From contig CBDCOX010000002.1 of assembly GCA_965219995.1 (NCBI GenBank), positions 2,048,001-2,112,000 on the forward strand: a stretch of DNA of 64,000 nt, written 5' to 3'. The notes under the pieces are model-generated. The model was not told the DNA's origin. It saw only the letters and a list, made by a program, of their open reading frames with translations, and made no database searches. Made by a program: the position numbers and the translations under genes. Positions 1 through 10,673 of this stretch are shown here, in pieces (position 1 is the stretch's first letter; each line of letters begins with the position of its first letter). This stretch comes from Candidatus Latescibacterota bacterium (lineage in GTDB: Bacteria; Latescibacterota; UBA2968; GCA-2709665).

Positions 1-1
1 C

Positions 2-1687
<1,686 letters not shown>

Positions 1688-1738
1688 GAAACGCGATGGC
1701 GCCAAACGCGGACACCAAAGCCCCAACAGGAGGTTGTG

Positions 1739-2284
1739 ATGGCATCGGTACTGGTGGTAGGAGATGGTCCCGGCGGCCTGAGTGCGGCCCTGTTTCTGGC
1801 CAAAAACGGCATGGACGTGATGGTGTTCGGGCAGGACACGACGCCCATGCATAAGGCCATGCTCTACAATTATCTGGGCATTCCGGAGTTGACCGGGAGC
1901 GAATTTCAACGCGTATCACGAGATCAGGTGAAAGCGCAGGGGGCTCGCATCGAAGACGTGCAGGTCTCCGGAATCGAAAAAACCGGGAACGGATTCACGC
2001 TGACCACCGAGGGCGGGGTCACCCACGAAGGGGACTACCTGATCCTGGCGGCGGGAACCAACGTGAAACTGGGCGTGAGTATGGGTCTGGAGAGAGGACC
2101 GGACGGGCTGATATGCGACCGGGACGGCCGCACGGCGGAGGACGGCCTGTACGTCGTGGGATGGAGTACGCGTCTGCGGAAGACACAGGCGATCATTTCC
2201 GCCGGTCAGGGAGCCTCCGCCGCGCTCGACATTCTATCCGCCGAAGCTGGAGAGGACGTACACGATTTCGACGTTGTGTCGTGA
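1739..2284 (+). CDS. Short FAD-binding thioredoxin-reductase-like oxidoreductase (lacks NADPH domain and CxxC)
   Basis: VLVVGDGPGGLSAA Rossmann motif, LILAAG, QAIISAGQG; AGGAGG RBS at 1728-1733. Confidence 0.85.
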   Translation: MASVLVVGDGPGGLSAALFLAKNGMDVMVFGQDTTPMHKAMLYNYLGIPELTGSEFQRVSRDQVKAQGARIEDVQVSGIEKTGNGFTLTTEGGVTHEGDYLILAAGTNVKLGVSMGLERGPDGLICDRDGRTAEDGLYVVGWSTRLRKTQAIISAGQGASAALDILSAEAGEDVHDFDVVS

Positions 2285-2307
2285 TGCATCCGGGAAGCTT
2301 CGATGGA

Positions 2308-2877
2308 TCAAAAGTACCTGGGCGACTTGCGGGGCGCGGCCGGCCGGGGAGGCGCTTCCTTTTCCGGGATGCCGTGGCTGTCAACGATGCCGCGTACCAC
2401 GTGGACCGGAAGCCCCATCCGGACGGCCAATGCCATCGAATCACTTGGACGCGCGTCCATTTTGAACGTCGTTCCATCCGGACTCTGCAGGGTGAGAACG
2501 GCGAAATACGTACTCCTCAGGCCTCCTTCTTCCAGCGGGCGAAGTTCGTCGATCACGATGGACCGAAGACGGACGCCGGCCTCCTTCATGACATTGTGAA
2601 ACAGGTCGTGGGTGAACGGACGTGGAAACGCCTCGTCGTTCAGCTTGCGCCAGATTGCCATCGCTTCGCACGGGCCGATCCAGATGGGCAGAAGTCTGCC
2701 GGTCTCGCTGTCTCGCAGAAAAACGACATACTGGTCGTCCGAATCCCGCCCGACCTGATGGACCTCTGCTTTGACCAGGTCCTTTCCCCCTGGCTCCGCA
2801 GGCGGCGCGAGGACGGGGCTCGGACACATCCAGAACGCGCAGAGAAACAACACGGAAATTCGGCATCTATCGTGCAT
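2308..2877 (-). CDS. Bifunctional nuclease family (DUF151/BFN) protein with signal-peptide-like N-terminus
   Basis: LPIWIGPCEAMAI, PRPFTHDL and DARPSDSMALA motifs. Confidence 0.85.
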   Translation of the reverse strand: MHDRCRISVLFLCAFWMCPSPVLAPPAEPGGKDLVKAEVHQVGRDSDDQYVVFLRDSETGRLLPIWIGPCEAMAIWRKLNDEAFPRPFTHDLFHNVMKEAGVRLRSIVIDELRPLEEGGLRSTYFAVLTLQSPDGTTFKMDARPSDSMALAVRMGLPVHVVRGIVDSHGIPEKEAPPRPAAPRKSPRYF

Positions 2878-3003
2878 CTTGATTCCTTTCAGTGCGTGAG
2901 AGACCGCCGCTGGCTTGCATGAATTCTGTGCCTTTGCCGAATATACGCCGGCGCTTTTCCGGTAGCAATTCGAAATTTCCGCAGTGGCGCCGCGGTTCGC
3001 CGG

Positions 3004-3032
3004 TTGACAAGCACTATCCGATATGCTATCTT
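3004..3032 (+). promoter_or_regulatory. Sigma70-type promoter for the yicC-gmk operon
   Basis: TTGACA-17 bp-TATCTT with extended -10 TG, 52 nt upstream of the yicC ATG. Confidence 0.65.
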
Positions 3033-3084
3033 TATAAGTTTCAGAATTTTACACCCTCTGTGCTGCGCAGAGACAGGAGAACGC

Positions 3085-3963
3085 ATGGTTGCCAGCATGA
3101 CGGGTTTCGGGAGGGGCGAAACCGAAACCAACGGATATCGTGCTACGGTCGAGGTAAAATCGGTTAACGGTCGTTACGGCGAAGTGGACGTCCATCTGCC
3201 CCGGCAACTGTCTGCCCTGGAACCCCGGATTAAAGACCTGGTGCTTGCGGTTTTTTCGCGCGGCCGCATCCGCGTCTCGCTGAACCTGGACGGCGACGCG
3301 CTTGAACAGGGTATTCCGGTTCTGAACGAGCGGGTCTTCGAGGGATATCGGGACGGGTTCGTTCGGCTTCAAACACGCCTGGGGCTTTCAGAAGCGCCCG
3401 ACCCCATGCAGGTGGCGCTGATGCCGAATGTATTTGAAATCGAATACAGGGCGCCGGATCTGGACGCCGTCTGGAAGGTGATCGCGCCGGCCTGCGAACA
3501 GGCGGTAGTGCAATGTCAGTCGATGAGAACCAGAGAAGGAGGACGGCTGGCGGAAGACTTCGTGCGGCGGGTTCACCACCTCGAGGATGTGATCACGCAG
3601 ATCCGGAAGCAGGCGCCCCAACAGATCGAGTCCGCCCGCAGACGGCTCGATGGAAAACTCAGGGAACTGATCGCCCCGGAACAGATCGACCGGAACCGTC
3701 TGATTACGGAAATCGCCCTGCTTGCCGAGCGAGTGGACATTACCGAGGAAACCGTCCGTTTCCATAGCCACAACGAGCAGTTTCTGAAAACGCTCGACCG
3801 TGACGAGCCGATCGGCAGGCGTCTGAATTTTCTGCTCCAGGAGATGCTCCGTGAAGCGAATACGATCGGGTCCAAAACAACCGACGTGGAAATCGCGCAT
3901 CTGGTGGTCGATGTCAAGGAAGAAATCGAGAAGCTCAAGGAGCAGGTGCAGAATATAGAATAA
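3085..3963 (+). CDS. yicC: YicC/YloC family endoribonuclease
   Basis: SMTGFG, EVKSVNGRY, DITEETVRFHSH, GRRLNFLLQEMLREANTIGSK, KEQVQNIE; RBS AGGAGA; canonical position upstream of gmk. Confidence 0.95.
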   Translation: MVASMTGFGRGETETNGYRATVEVKSVNGRYGEVDVHLPRQLSALEPRIKDLVLAVFSRGRIRVSLNLDGDALEQGIPVLNERVFEGYRDGFVRLQTRLGLSEAPDPMQVALMPNVFEIEYRAPDLDAVWKVIAPACEQAVVQCQSMRTREGGRLAEDFVRRVHHLEDVITQIRKQAPQQIESARRRLDGKLRELIAPEQIDRNRLITEIALLAERVDITEETVRFHSHNEQFLKTLDRDEPIGRRLNFLLQEMLREANTIGSKTTDVEIAHLVVDVKEEIEKLKEQVQNIE

Positions 3964-4123
3964 CAGTCCGTTGAAAAAGTCGCTCTGCAGGCGAGGCCGA
4001 GACATTGTGGCCGAAGACAAGGCGCGCGACCGACGCGCATCCCTGGATTCGGGGAGGGAGCGCAACGCCGTAGCTCGGTCACAAGGGCCGGACGCAGACC
4101 GGATGGACTTTATCAACGGGCTG
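3964..4123 (+). mobile_element. 160-bp MITE (non-autonomous IS-derived element), copy 1
   Basis: Terminal IRs CAGTCCGTTGAAAAAGTC / GACTTTATCAACGGGCTG; 7 mismatches to the copy at 22372-22531. Confidence 0.85.
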
Positions 4124-4147
4124 ATTTCGGCGGGACCGGTTTCGAAG

Positions 4148-4813
4148 ATGGAAGATACGTTTGGAATTGACGTCCTCCAGGACCGACTCGAATGCAATCC
4201 CGGTTCGTTCGCCTTGGTGCTTTCAGGCCCTGCCGGGGCGGGCAAGACGTCAATCGGCCGGGGACTCCTCGCGCGAGACGACTCCCTGCGGAAATGCGTG
4301 ACCACCACCACCCGCACGAAGCGTCCCAATGAGACCGACGGCGTCGACTACCATTTCGTTTCGGAAGAGGCGTTTCGTTCAAGCTTGAAACAGGGGTGTT
4401 TTCTCGAATGGGCCGAGGTCTATGGCTGTCTCTATGGGGCGACCTTCGATTCGGCCGCGCGCGCAATCGGAAACGGCGGGGTATTGCTGCTCGTGGTAGA
4501 CGTACAGGGCGCGGCGGCATGGAAGCGCGTGCTGAATGAACGTTGCGTTAGCGTGTTCGTGCTGCCTCCTTCGGCCAGCGTGCTGGAAGCGCGCCTGCGA
4601 GGACGGCAGTCGGAAGGTGCCGGGGCCCTTGCCCTGAGGCTGAGAAACGCACGAACGGAACTTGCCAGGGCCGAGGAGTTCGATTATCTCGTCGTCAATA
4701 CGGAACTGGATCGCGCCATCGCCGACGTTGAGGGCATGATTCGCGTCGAACGACGCAGGCCGCGCCGCAGCCCCGATCTTCTCGCCGAATTGGAGCGTGG
4801 GTTCGCGCCCTGA
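4148..4813 (+). CDS. gmk: Guanylate kinase
   Basis: SGPAGAGKT P-loop, TTRTKRPNETDGVDYHF, FLEWAEVYG, VFVLPPS. Start codon uncertain. Confidence 0.93.
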   Translation: MEDTFGIDVLQDRLECNPGSFALVLSGPAGAGKTSIGRGLLARDDSLRKCVTTTTRTKRPNETDGVDYHFVSEEAFRSSLKQGCFLEWAEVYGCLYGATFDSAARAIGNGGVLLLVVDVQGAAAWKRVLNERCVSVFVLPPSASVLEARLRGRQSEGAGALALRLRNARTELARAEEFDYLVVNTELDRAIADVEGMIRVERRRPRRSPDLLAELERGFAP

Positions 4814-4908
4814 CGCCGGGTCACGCAAGACAGCAATAACATATTGAATATAAAGAAATTATAATTTCAAAAAAGTTGCGGCATTCACAAAGGGAGGATC
4901 GTGCACGC

Positions 4909-5169
4909 ATGTCAAGGATATTCTTTCTGGAAGAGATCAGCAACGACGAAATGAACCCGTACGAGGCGGTCAGCGCCGCGTCGAGGGAGTCCCGCAGGAT
5001 CAACCAGGCCCGGATGGCCAGGGACGTCTCAGGAGAGGTGGAAAAACCCACAACGCTGTCGCTCGATCGCCTTTCGACGGGCAAAGTGCAGGTTTTGTAC
5101 GAGGGCGACGCGGAGATGGAAGCGGAACATGACAACGCCGGCGAAGCTGAGGGTCCTTCTGGGAATTAG
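4909..5169 (+). CDS. rpoZ: RNA polymerase omega subunit
   Basis: NPYEAVSAASRESRRIN...EKPTTLSL pattern; sits between gmk and coaBC; GGAGG RBS. Confidence 0.82.
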   Translation: MSRIFFLEEISNDEMNPYEAVSAASRESRRINQARMARDVSGEVEKPTTLSLDRLSTGKVQVLYEGDAEMEAEHDNAGEAEGPSGN

Positions 5170-6328
5170 CGGCGGGATTGCCGCTTACAAGGGTGTTGAC
5201 GTGCTTCGCGGCCTGCAGCGCGAGGGCGCCGAAGTGCGGGTGGTAATGACCGCGGCCGCACAGAAGTTCGTTCAGCCGCTGACGTTTGAAGTGCTTTCCG
5301 GCCATCGGGTCTACACCCATCTCTTTCCTGAGACCGGTGATCCTGACGTCATCCACGTCACACTGGGCGAATGGCCGGACCTGATCCTGATTGCGCCGGC
5401 AACGGCCAATGTCATCGGCAAGATGGCGAACGGGCTGGCGGACGACCTGCTTACGTGCACCGTGCTGTCGAGTGAGGCGCCGGTGATGGTTGCGCCCGCA
5501 ATGGAAACGGCAATGTACCGCCATCCTGCTTCACAGCGCAATCTTCAGCGACTTGCCGATATCGGGTATCGCCTGATCGGTCCCGAAGACGGCGTGCTTG
5601 CTTCGGGACGCATCGGACTGGGACGGCTATCGGATCCTGAGCGTATCGTCTCCGAAGCCGTTTCCACCGTAGCGGCTTCCGGGGATCTTTCGGGCCGCAG
5701 GATTGTGGTTACCGGTGGACGGACGGAAGAAGACATCGATCCGGTTCGCTTTATCACAAACCGGTCCACGGGAAAGATGGGGTATGCAGTAGCCCGCCGC
5801 GCCAGACAGCGCGGTGCGGAAGTGGTACTGGTAAGCGGCCCGGGCAATCTGGACCCGCCCACAGGCGTCGACCTGATTCCGGTAAGAACCGTGTCTGAAA
5901 TGCGCACGGCGACGGAATCGGCATTCGACGGCGCGGATGCGCTGGTCATGACGGCCGCCGTACTGGATTTCAGGCCTCGCGTAGTCTCCGAGGGAAAAAT
6001 CAAAAAAAGCGTCAACGGACTGACCCTGGATCTGGTCGCGAACGAGGATTTTCTGGTGGAACTTGGAGCCCGGAAACAAGGCCGTGTGGTGGTCGGGTTC
6101 GCGATGGAAACGGAAAATGGCCTGTCCAATGCACGCAAGAAACTGACGGAGAAACATCTGGATCTGATTGTCTTGAACAATTTGAAGGAGGCGGGCGCGG
6201 GATTCGGTGTGGACACCAACGTGGTCACGCTGATCGACGCGGAGAGTGCGCCGGAACCGTTGCCGAAAATGGCCAAGCTCGAGGTTGCCGACCGAATTCT
6301 GGACAGGATAAGAGACCGGTGGACGTAG
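5129..6328 (+). CDS. coaBC: Phosphopantothenoylcysteine decarboxylase/ligase
   Basis: GISGGIAAYK, APATAN, APAM, IDPVRFITNRSTGKMG, GFAMET, GFGVDTN. Confidence 0.96.
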   Translation: MTTPAKLRVLLGISGGIAAYKGVDVLRGLQREGAEVRVVMTAAAQKFVQPLTFEVLSGHRVYTHLFPETGDPDVIHVTLGEWPDLILIAPATANVIGKMANGLADDLLTCTVLSSEAPVMVAPAMETAMYRHPASQRNLQRLADIGYRLIGPEDGVLASGRIGLGRLSDPERIVSEAVSTVAASGDLSGRRIVVTGGRTEEDIDPVRFITNRSTGKMGYAVARRARQRGAEVVLVSGPGNLDPPTGVDLIPVRTVSEMRTATESAFDGADALVMTAAVLDFRPRVVSEGKIKKSVNGLTLDLVANEDFLVELGARKQGRVVVGFAMETENGLSNARKKLTEKHLDLIVLNNLKEAGAGFGVDTNVVTLIDAESAPEPLPKMAKLEVADRILDRIRDRWT

Positions 6329-6984
6329 ACGTCGAGGCGAGAGAGACGCTGGAAGCCGTGCGGACATTCATTAAGGCCCAGGCGGAATTTGGCCTGACCG
6401 AATTCAGACTCGCGCGGACGGACGCAGGGGCGCAGCTTGCCGATTTTCACGAGTCGATCCGCGACTGCCGGATGTGCGGGCTTTCCGAGGGGCGGCGCAC
6501 CGTGGTCTTCGGCAGCGGAAGTCCGAATGCGGGCCTGTTGTTTGTCGGCGAGGCGCCCGGAGCGGACGAAGACAGGACGGGGCTGCCGTTCGTCGGATCC
6601 GCCGGCGCATTGCTGACCCGCATGATCGAGGCCATCGGTTTTCAACGCGAAGACGTCTATATTGCCAATGTCATCAAATGCAGGCCGCCTGCGAACCGGG
6701 ACCCTTTGCCGGCAGAATTGGAGACGTGCCGGCCCTATCTCGAACGGCAGATCGCGCTCATACAGCCGGTAGCCATCTGCGCGCTCGGTCGTTTCGCCGC
6801 GCAGACGCTGCTGAAGACCGATGAACCGTTGGGCGAACTGCGGGGGCAGCTCTTTACGTACCGGGGCATTCCTCTCATAGCGACGTATCATCCTGCCGCA
6901 CTGTTGCGAAACCGGCAATGGAAACGCCCCGCCTGGCAGGACCTGCAGCTTCTCAGGCGGGTGTACGACGGCGCGTCCGGTTAG
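6319..6984 (+). CDS. Uracil-DNA glycosylase family 4 (4Fe-4S)
   Basis: [34 protein letters not shown]. Confidence 0.93.
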   Translation: MDVDVEARETLEAVRTFIKAQAEFGLTEFRLARTDAGAQLADFHESIRDCRMCGLSEGRRTVVFGSGSPNAGLLFVGEAPGADEDRTGLPFVGSAGALLTRMIEAIGFQREDVYIANVIKCRPPANRDPLPAELETCRPYLERQIALIQPVAICALGRFAAQTLLKTDEPLGELRGQLFTYRGIPLIATYHPAALLRNRQWKRPAWQDLQLLRRVYDGASG

Positions 6985-7043
6985 AGACACCCGCGCGACC
7001 CCCTGTCGGTAGACGGAACGCGACCGTCTTCAATTGGTATCCA

Positions 7044-8426
7044 ATGGCTTCCCAACCCACCACACAGACACCCGCCGATCGTCCGCATCCCCAGGCACTG
7101 GAGGTGGAACGGGCGGTACTGGGCGCCATGTTCATTGACAACGCGGCCATCAGCCGGGTGATCGAGGTCCTGGGCGACGAGACGGCGTTTTACCACACCG
7201 CAAACCGCCGGGCCTACGCTGCCGTCCTCGCGCTGTACGAGCGGGGCCTTCCCGTGGATGAAGTCACGGTTGCGGAGGAATTGAAGCGCCGCGGGCAATT
7301 CGAAGACGTGGGCGGGTACGCCTATGTTGCGGGTCTGGGCGGCGAAATGGCAACCGGCGCCAACGCGGAATACCATGCCAGAATCGTGCTCGAACGCGCG
7401 CAGCGCCGCAGGTTGATCGACGCGTCCACACAGACGATTGCCGAGTGTTACGACGATGGGAAAGAGGTCCGCGAGGTGATCGACAGCGCCGAACAGCGGG
7501 TATTCCGAATCGCTGAGGGTGAACTCGGACAGGGCGTCGTTTCGCTTGAGGCCAAGCTGCACGAGACACTGGAACTCATTGAAAGGGCACAGAGACAGGC
7601 TGGCGTCCTGTCCGGCGTTACCACCGGGTATACTGATCTCGATGGAATAACGGCCGGGATGCAACCATCGGATTTGATTATCATTGCCTCTCGTCCGTCA
7701 ATGGGCAAAACGGCGCTGACACTGTGCATGGCGCGCAATGCCGCCCTGGACGAAGAGATCAGGACACCGGTGCTGTATTTCTCCCTTGAAATGAGTATGC
7801 AGCAACTCGCAATGCGTCTGCTATGCGCCGAGGCAAGCGTGTCTTCGCACGGATTGCGCACGGGAAGGCTGGCCGCCGAGGACTGGCAGCGACTGGCGGC
7901 CCAGGCGGAAAAACTCTCGGAGGCCCCTATCTTCATTGATGACACGCCGGGCATCTCCGCACTGGAACTTCGGGCGAAAGCCCGGCGCGCGAAGATGGAG
8001 CACAAGATCGGCCTGATCTTCGTGGATTACATGCAACTGATGACCACTTCGGCGCGAGTGGATAACCGCGAACAGGAAATCGCGAGCATTTCGCGCTCGC
8101 TCAAGGCGCTGGCCAAAGAACTGGATCTTCCGGTTGTGGCCTGTGCGCAGTTGTCGCGCGCTGTCGAGTCCAGGACGGACAAGCGACCGCAGCTTTCCGA
8201 CTTGCGCGAAAGCGGCAGTATCGAGCAGGACGCCGACTTGGTCGCATTTCTCTATCGTCCGGGTCACTACGGCCTGTTAGACGACGAAGGTCAGCCTATT
8301 CCTGAGGGAAAGGCTGAGATCATTATCGGCAAGCACCGGAACGGCCCGACGGACAGCGTTCCTCTTACATTCTTACCCGAAACTTTGCGTTTTGAAAGTA
8401 GCCGCATACATGACGATCCTTTCTGA
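7044..8426 (+). CDS. dnaB: Replicative DNA helicase
   Basis: SRPSMGKT, FSLEM, DYMQL, QLSRAVE, DLRESGSIEQDAD, KHRNGP. Confidence 0.97.
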   Translation: MASQPTTQTPADRPHPQALEVERAVLGAMFIDNAAISRVIEVLGDETAFYHTANRRAYAAVLALYERGLPVDEVTVAEELKRRGQFEDVGGYAYVAGLGGEMATGANAEYHARIVLERAQRRRLIDASTQTIAECYDDGKEVREVIDSAEQRVFRIAEGELGQGVVSLEAKLHETLELIERAQRQAGVLSGVTTGYTDLDGITAGMQPSDLIIIASRPSMGKTALTLCMARNAALDEEIRTPVLYFSLEMSMQQLAMRLLCAEASVSSHGLRTGRLAAEDWQRLAAQAEKLSEAPIFIDDTPGISALELRAKARRAKMEHKIGLIFVDYMQLMTTSARVDNREQEIASISRSLKALAKELDLPVVACAQLSRAVESRTDKRPQLSDLRESGSIEQDADLVAFLYRPGHYGLLDDEGQPIPEGKAEIIIGKHRNGPTDSVPLTFLPETLRFESSRIHDDPF

Positions 8427-8540
8427 CGCCACACCTGCAGCACGTTGCGGCGGGCAGGCAAGCGGCCGGCCGCCCCACGAGCGATTGGCGGAGACTACGG
8501 GTCGATTCAAACCACCGGAATTGTCTTACAGAGGATGAAT

Positions 8541-9191
8541 ATGGAAAGTCAACGATCTCACCACCGTTCAACCGTAAGGGTATCCAAGCTGCTGTCTCTC
8601 ATGCTCCGCCATCGGCCGGACGAGTTCGGCATTGAGGTCGATGGGTACGGCTATGCGGATTTCGACGCCGTGATATCCGCGTTGAAGAAACAAGACGCGA
8701 GTATTGAAACCGAAGACGTTGAAGCTCTGGTCTACCGGGCCGCCAAGAAACGGTTTGAGATTGTCGACGGCCGAATCCGGGCGCGCTACGGGCACAGCAT
8801 TTCCATGGAATTGGGAACCGATCCCGTGGAACCTCCGGAACACCTGTACAAGGGCTCGGGTGCATCGGAGGTGGAAGACATCCTGAAATCCGGCTTGAAG
8901 CCCATCGACCGGCAGTATGTTCACCTCTCTTTCGAGGCTGCCGTGGCGCGCAGGCTGGCGGAACACAGGCGGGAGCCCGGCGCCGTGATACGGGTGGATG
9001 CGCGCAGGGCCGCCGCGGACGGTATTCAATTCTTCGACTGCGGACCCACGATCCTCGCACGGGAGATTCCGTCCGAGTTTCTGTCTGTCGACGACGCGCC
9101 GGCACCGGCGCCGGATGACGGGTTGACGGTGAAACAAAGCGAGGGGCCGGTGACGTACGGCAGAAAACGCCGATTTGGGTCCCGGAGATAG
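8541..9191 (+). CDS. kptA: RNA 2'-phosphotransferase (Tpt1/KptA)
   Basis: SKLLSLMLRH, KKRF, RIRARYGHS, GLKPIDRQYVHLS. Confidence 0.88.
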   Translation: MESQRSHHRSTVRVSKLLSLMLRHRPDEFGIEVDGYGYADFDAVISALKKQDASIETEDVEALVYRAAKKRFEIVDGRIRARYGHSISMELGTDPVEPPEHLYKGSGASEVEDILKSGLKPIDRQYVHLSFEAAVARRLAEHRREPGAVIRVDARRAAADGIQFFDCGPTILAREIPSEFLSVDDAPAPAPDDGLTVKQSEGPVTYGRKRRFGSRR

Positions 9192-9215
9192 CGCACGGCG
9201 GGAGATTTTGAACCG

Positions 9216-10106
9216 ATGGCGAAACAAGATCGGTCCGGAGCATACGCGTTATTGAATGCAGCCGCCAATCTCTCCGGTGAGATTGGCGCCGATCTCGTGT
9301 TGCTCGTGGCGGATTCCGGCGTGAGCCGGACGGCGGTACAATCCCTGAACGATGCCTGCCCGGTCCTGCTGGTCACCCGGCGCGATCGATTTCTTCAGGG
9401 CATCGAGGACAACGGGATCCGCCGGTTGAGGCTGGACCATGACGAGGTCTCCCATCTGGAACGGGTGCGGCATGGGATCTCTCTGGGCATGGAAGCCGGC
9501 CACATCAAGAAGGGCAGCCGGCTGATCTGCCTGGCGAGCGCCCTGGAACACGGCGGCGTGGACACCCTGATGACCGTGGACACGCGCAGGGAGTTGGAGG
9601 ACTTCGATCCGGAGAGCCTGGCCGCTCTCGCCGGAGAACTGCCCGTTGAAGTGGTCAAGTCGGTGCTGGATATTGCCCTCGACATCGGGCGTGAAGGCCG
9701 GGAAGGGGAACAGCTCGGCACGCTCTTCGTGCTTGGCGACTCGGACCGTGTCCTGGCCAATTCCCGCGTGATGACGTATGATCCGTTCCGAGGGTATTCA
9801 AAACGTGAGCGGAATATCTGTGATCCCGACAACCGCGAAGGCGTAAAGGAAGTCGCCCTGATGGACGGCGCATTCATCATCCAGGAGGATGGCGTAATAC
9901 GCTCAGGTTGTCGTTATATTACCTCTTATGTGAGGGGTCTCACCCTGCCCAAGGGACTGGGCGCACGGCATGTCGCCGCTGCGGCGGTCACCAAGAACAC
10001 GAACGCCATCGCGGTGGCGGTTTCGGAGTCGACCGGAACGGTAAGGGCATTCAAAAAGGGAGAGATTGTCCTCCGGCGAGATCCGGGCCGACGCATCGCC
10101 CGTTGA
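9216..10106 (+). CDS. Diadenylate cyclase, DacZ-like architecture (N-terminal PK_C-like domain plus DAC domain)
   Basis: EGREG..GTLF, MDGAF and GLGARHVAAA catalytic motifs, VSESTG. Confidence 0.87.
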   Translation: MAKQDRSGAYALLNAAANLSGEIGADLVLLVADSGVSRTAVQSLNDACPVLLVTRRDRFLQGIEDNGIRRLRLDHDEVSHLERVRHGISLGMEAGHIKKGSRLICLASALEHGGVDTLMTVDTRRELEDFDPESLAALAGELPVEVVKSVLDIALDIGREGREGEQLGTLFVLGDSDRVLANSRVMTYDPFRGYSKRERNICDPDNREGVKEVALMDGAFIIQEDGVIRSGCRYITSYVRGLTLPKGLGARHVAAAAVTKNTNAIAVAVSESTGTVRAFKKGEIVLRRDPGRRIAR

Positions 10107-10155
10107 GCGGTCCGTTCCCGCTGATGGTATTCTGTCCCGTCGGAATGATGACGTG

Positions 10156-10662
10156 ATGAAGATTCGGCTGATCCGGTGCAAGGACGGTATCAAGGCGGTC
10201 GTTGGGGATCATGTTCAATCCGTGGCCCGGGTCGCCAGGGCGTTCCCCAGAAGCAATCCGGACCACTTCGTGGGCCTGTTGGGAGAAGACGGTCACGAGA
10301 TCTGTCTCGTCGAAGATCCAGTCACACTGGATTCGAAATCCCGCGAAGTATTGAATGCCGCGTTGAAGGAGGCCTACTTCATTCCCAGGATTCGGGAGAT
10401 CCTGTCGGTGACACCTCGAGGAACGGGCAGCGAGTGGACGGTTGTCGCGGAAGACGGTGAACACGGGTTCCGAACGCAGGATCGCGAGGCACTGGACGGT
10501 TCGGAACCCCCGTCGATCACGATAACCGACCAAAGCGGCAGGCGTTATCTGATTGAGGACTACTGGGCGTTGGACCGGGAGAGTCGAAATACAATCCGCG
10601 ATCTCGTCCCGGATGAGGTCTTGGGGCGCCGGTCCAGGATCGTTTCGCTCCGCCGCCGGTGA
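10156..10662 (+). CDS. DUF1854 domain protein
   Basis: RAFPRSNPDHFVGLL, EICLV, YFIPRIREI, W.V, D..GRRYLI...LD..S pattern. Confidence 0.75.
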   Translation: MKIRLIRCKDGIKAVVGDHVQSVARVARAFPRSNPDHFVGLLGEDGHEICLVEDPVTLDSKSREVLNAALKEAYFIPRIREILSVTPRGTGSEWTVVAEDGEHGFRTQDREALDGSEPPSITITDQSGRRYLIEDYWALDRESRNTIRDLVPDEVLGRRSRIVSLRRR

Positions 10663-10673
10663 AGTGGTGCAAT

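Noticed and set aside
3971-4147. 59-aa N-terminal extension of Gmk and the 64-aa ORF 22330-22524
   Set aside because: Both are translations of the MITE, not independent proteins.
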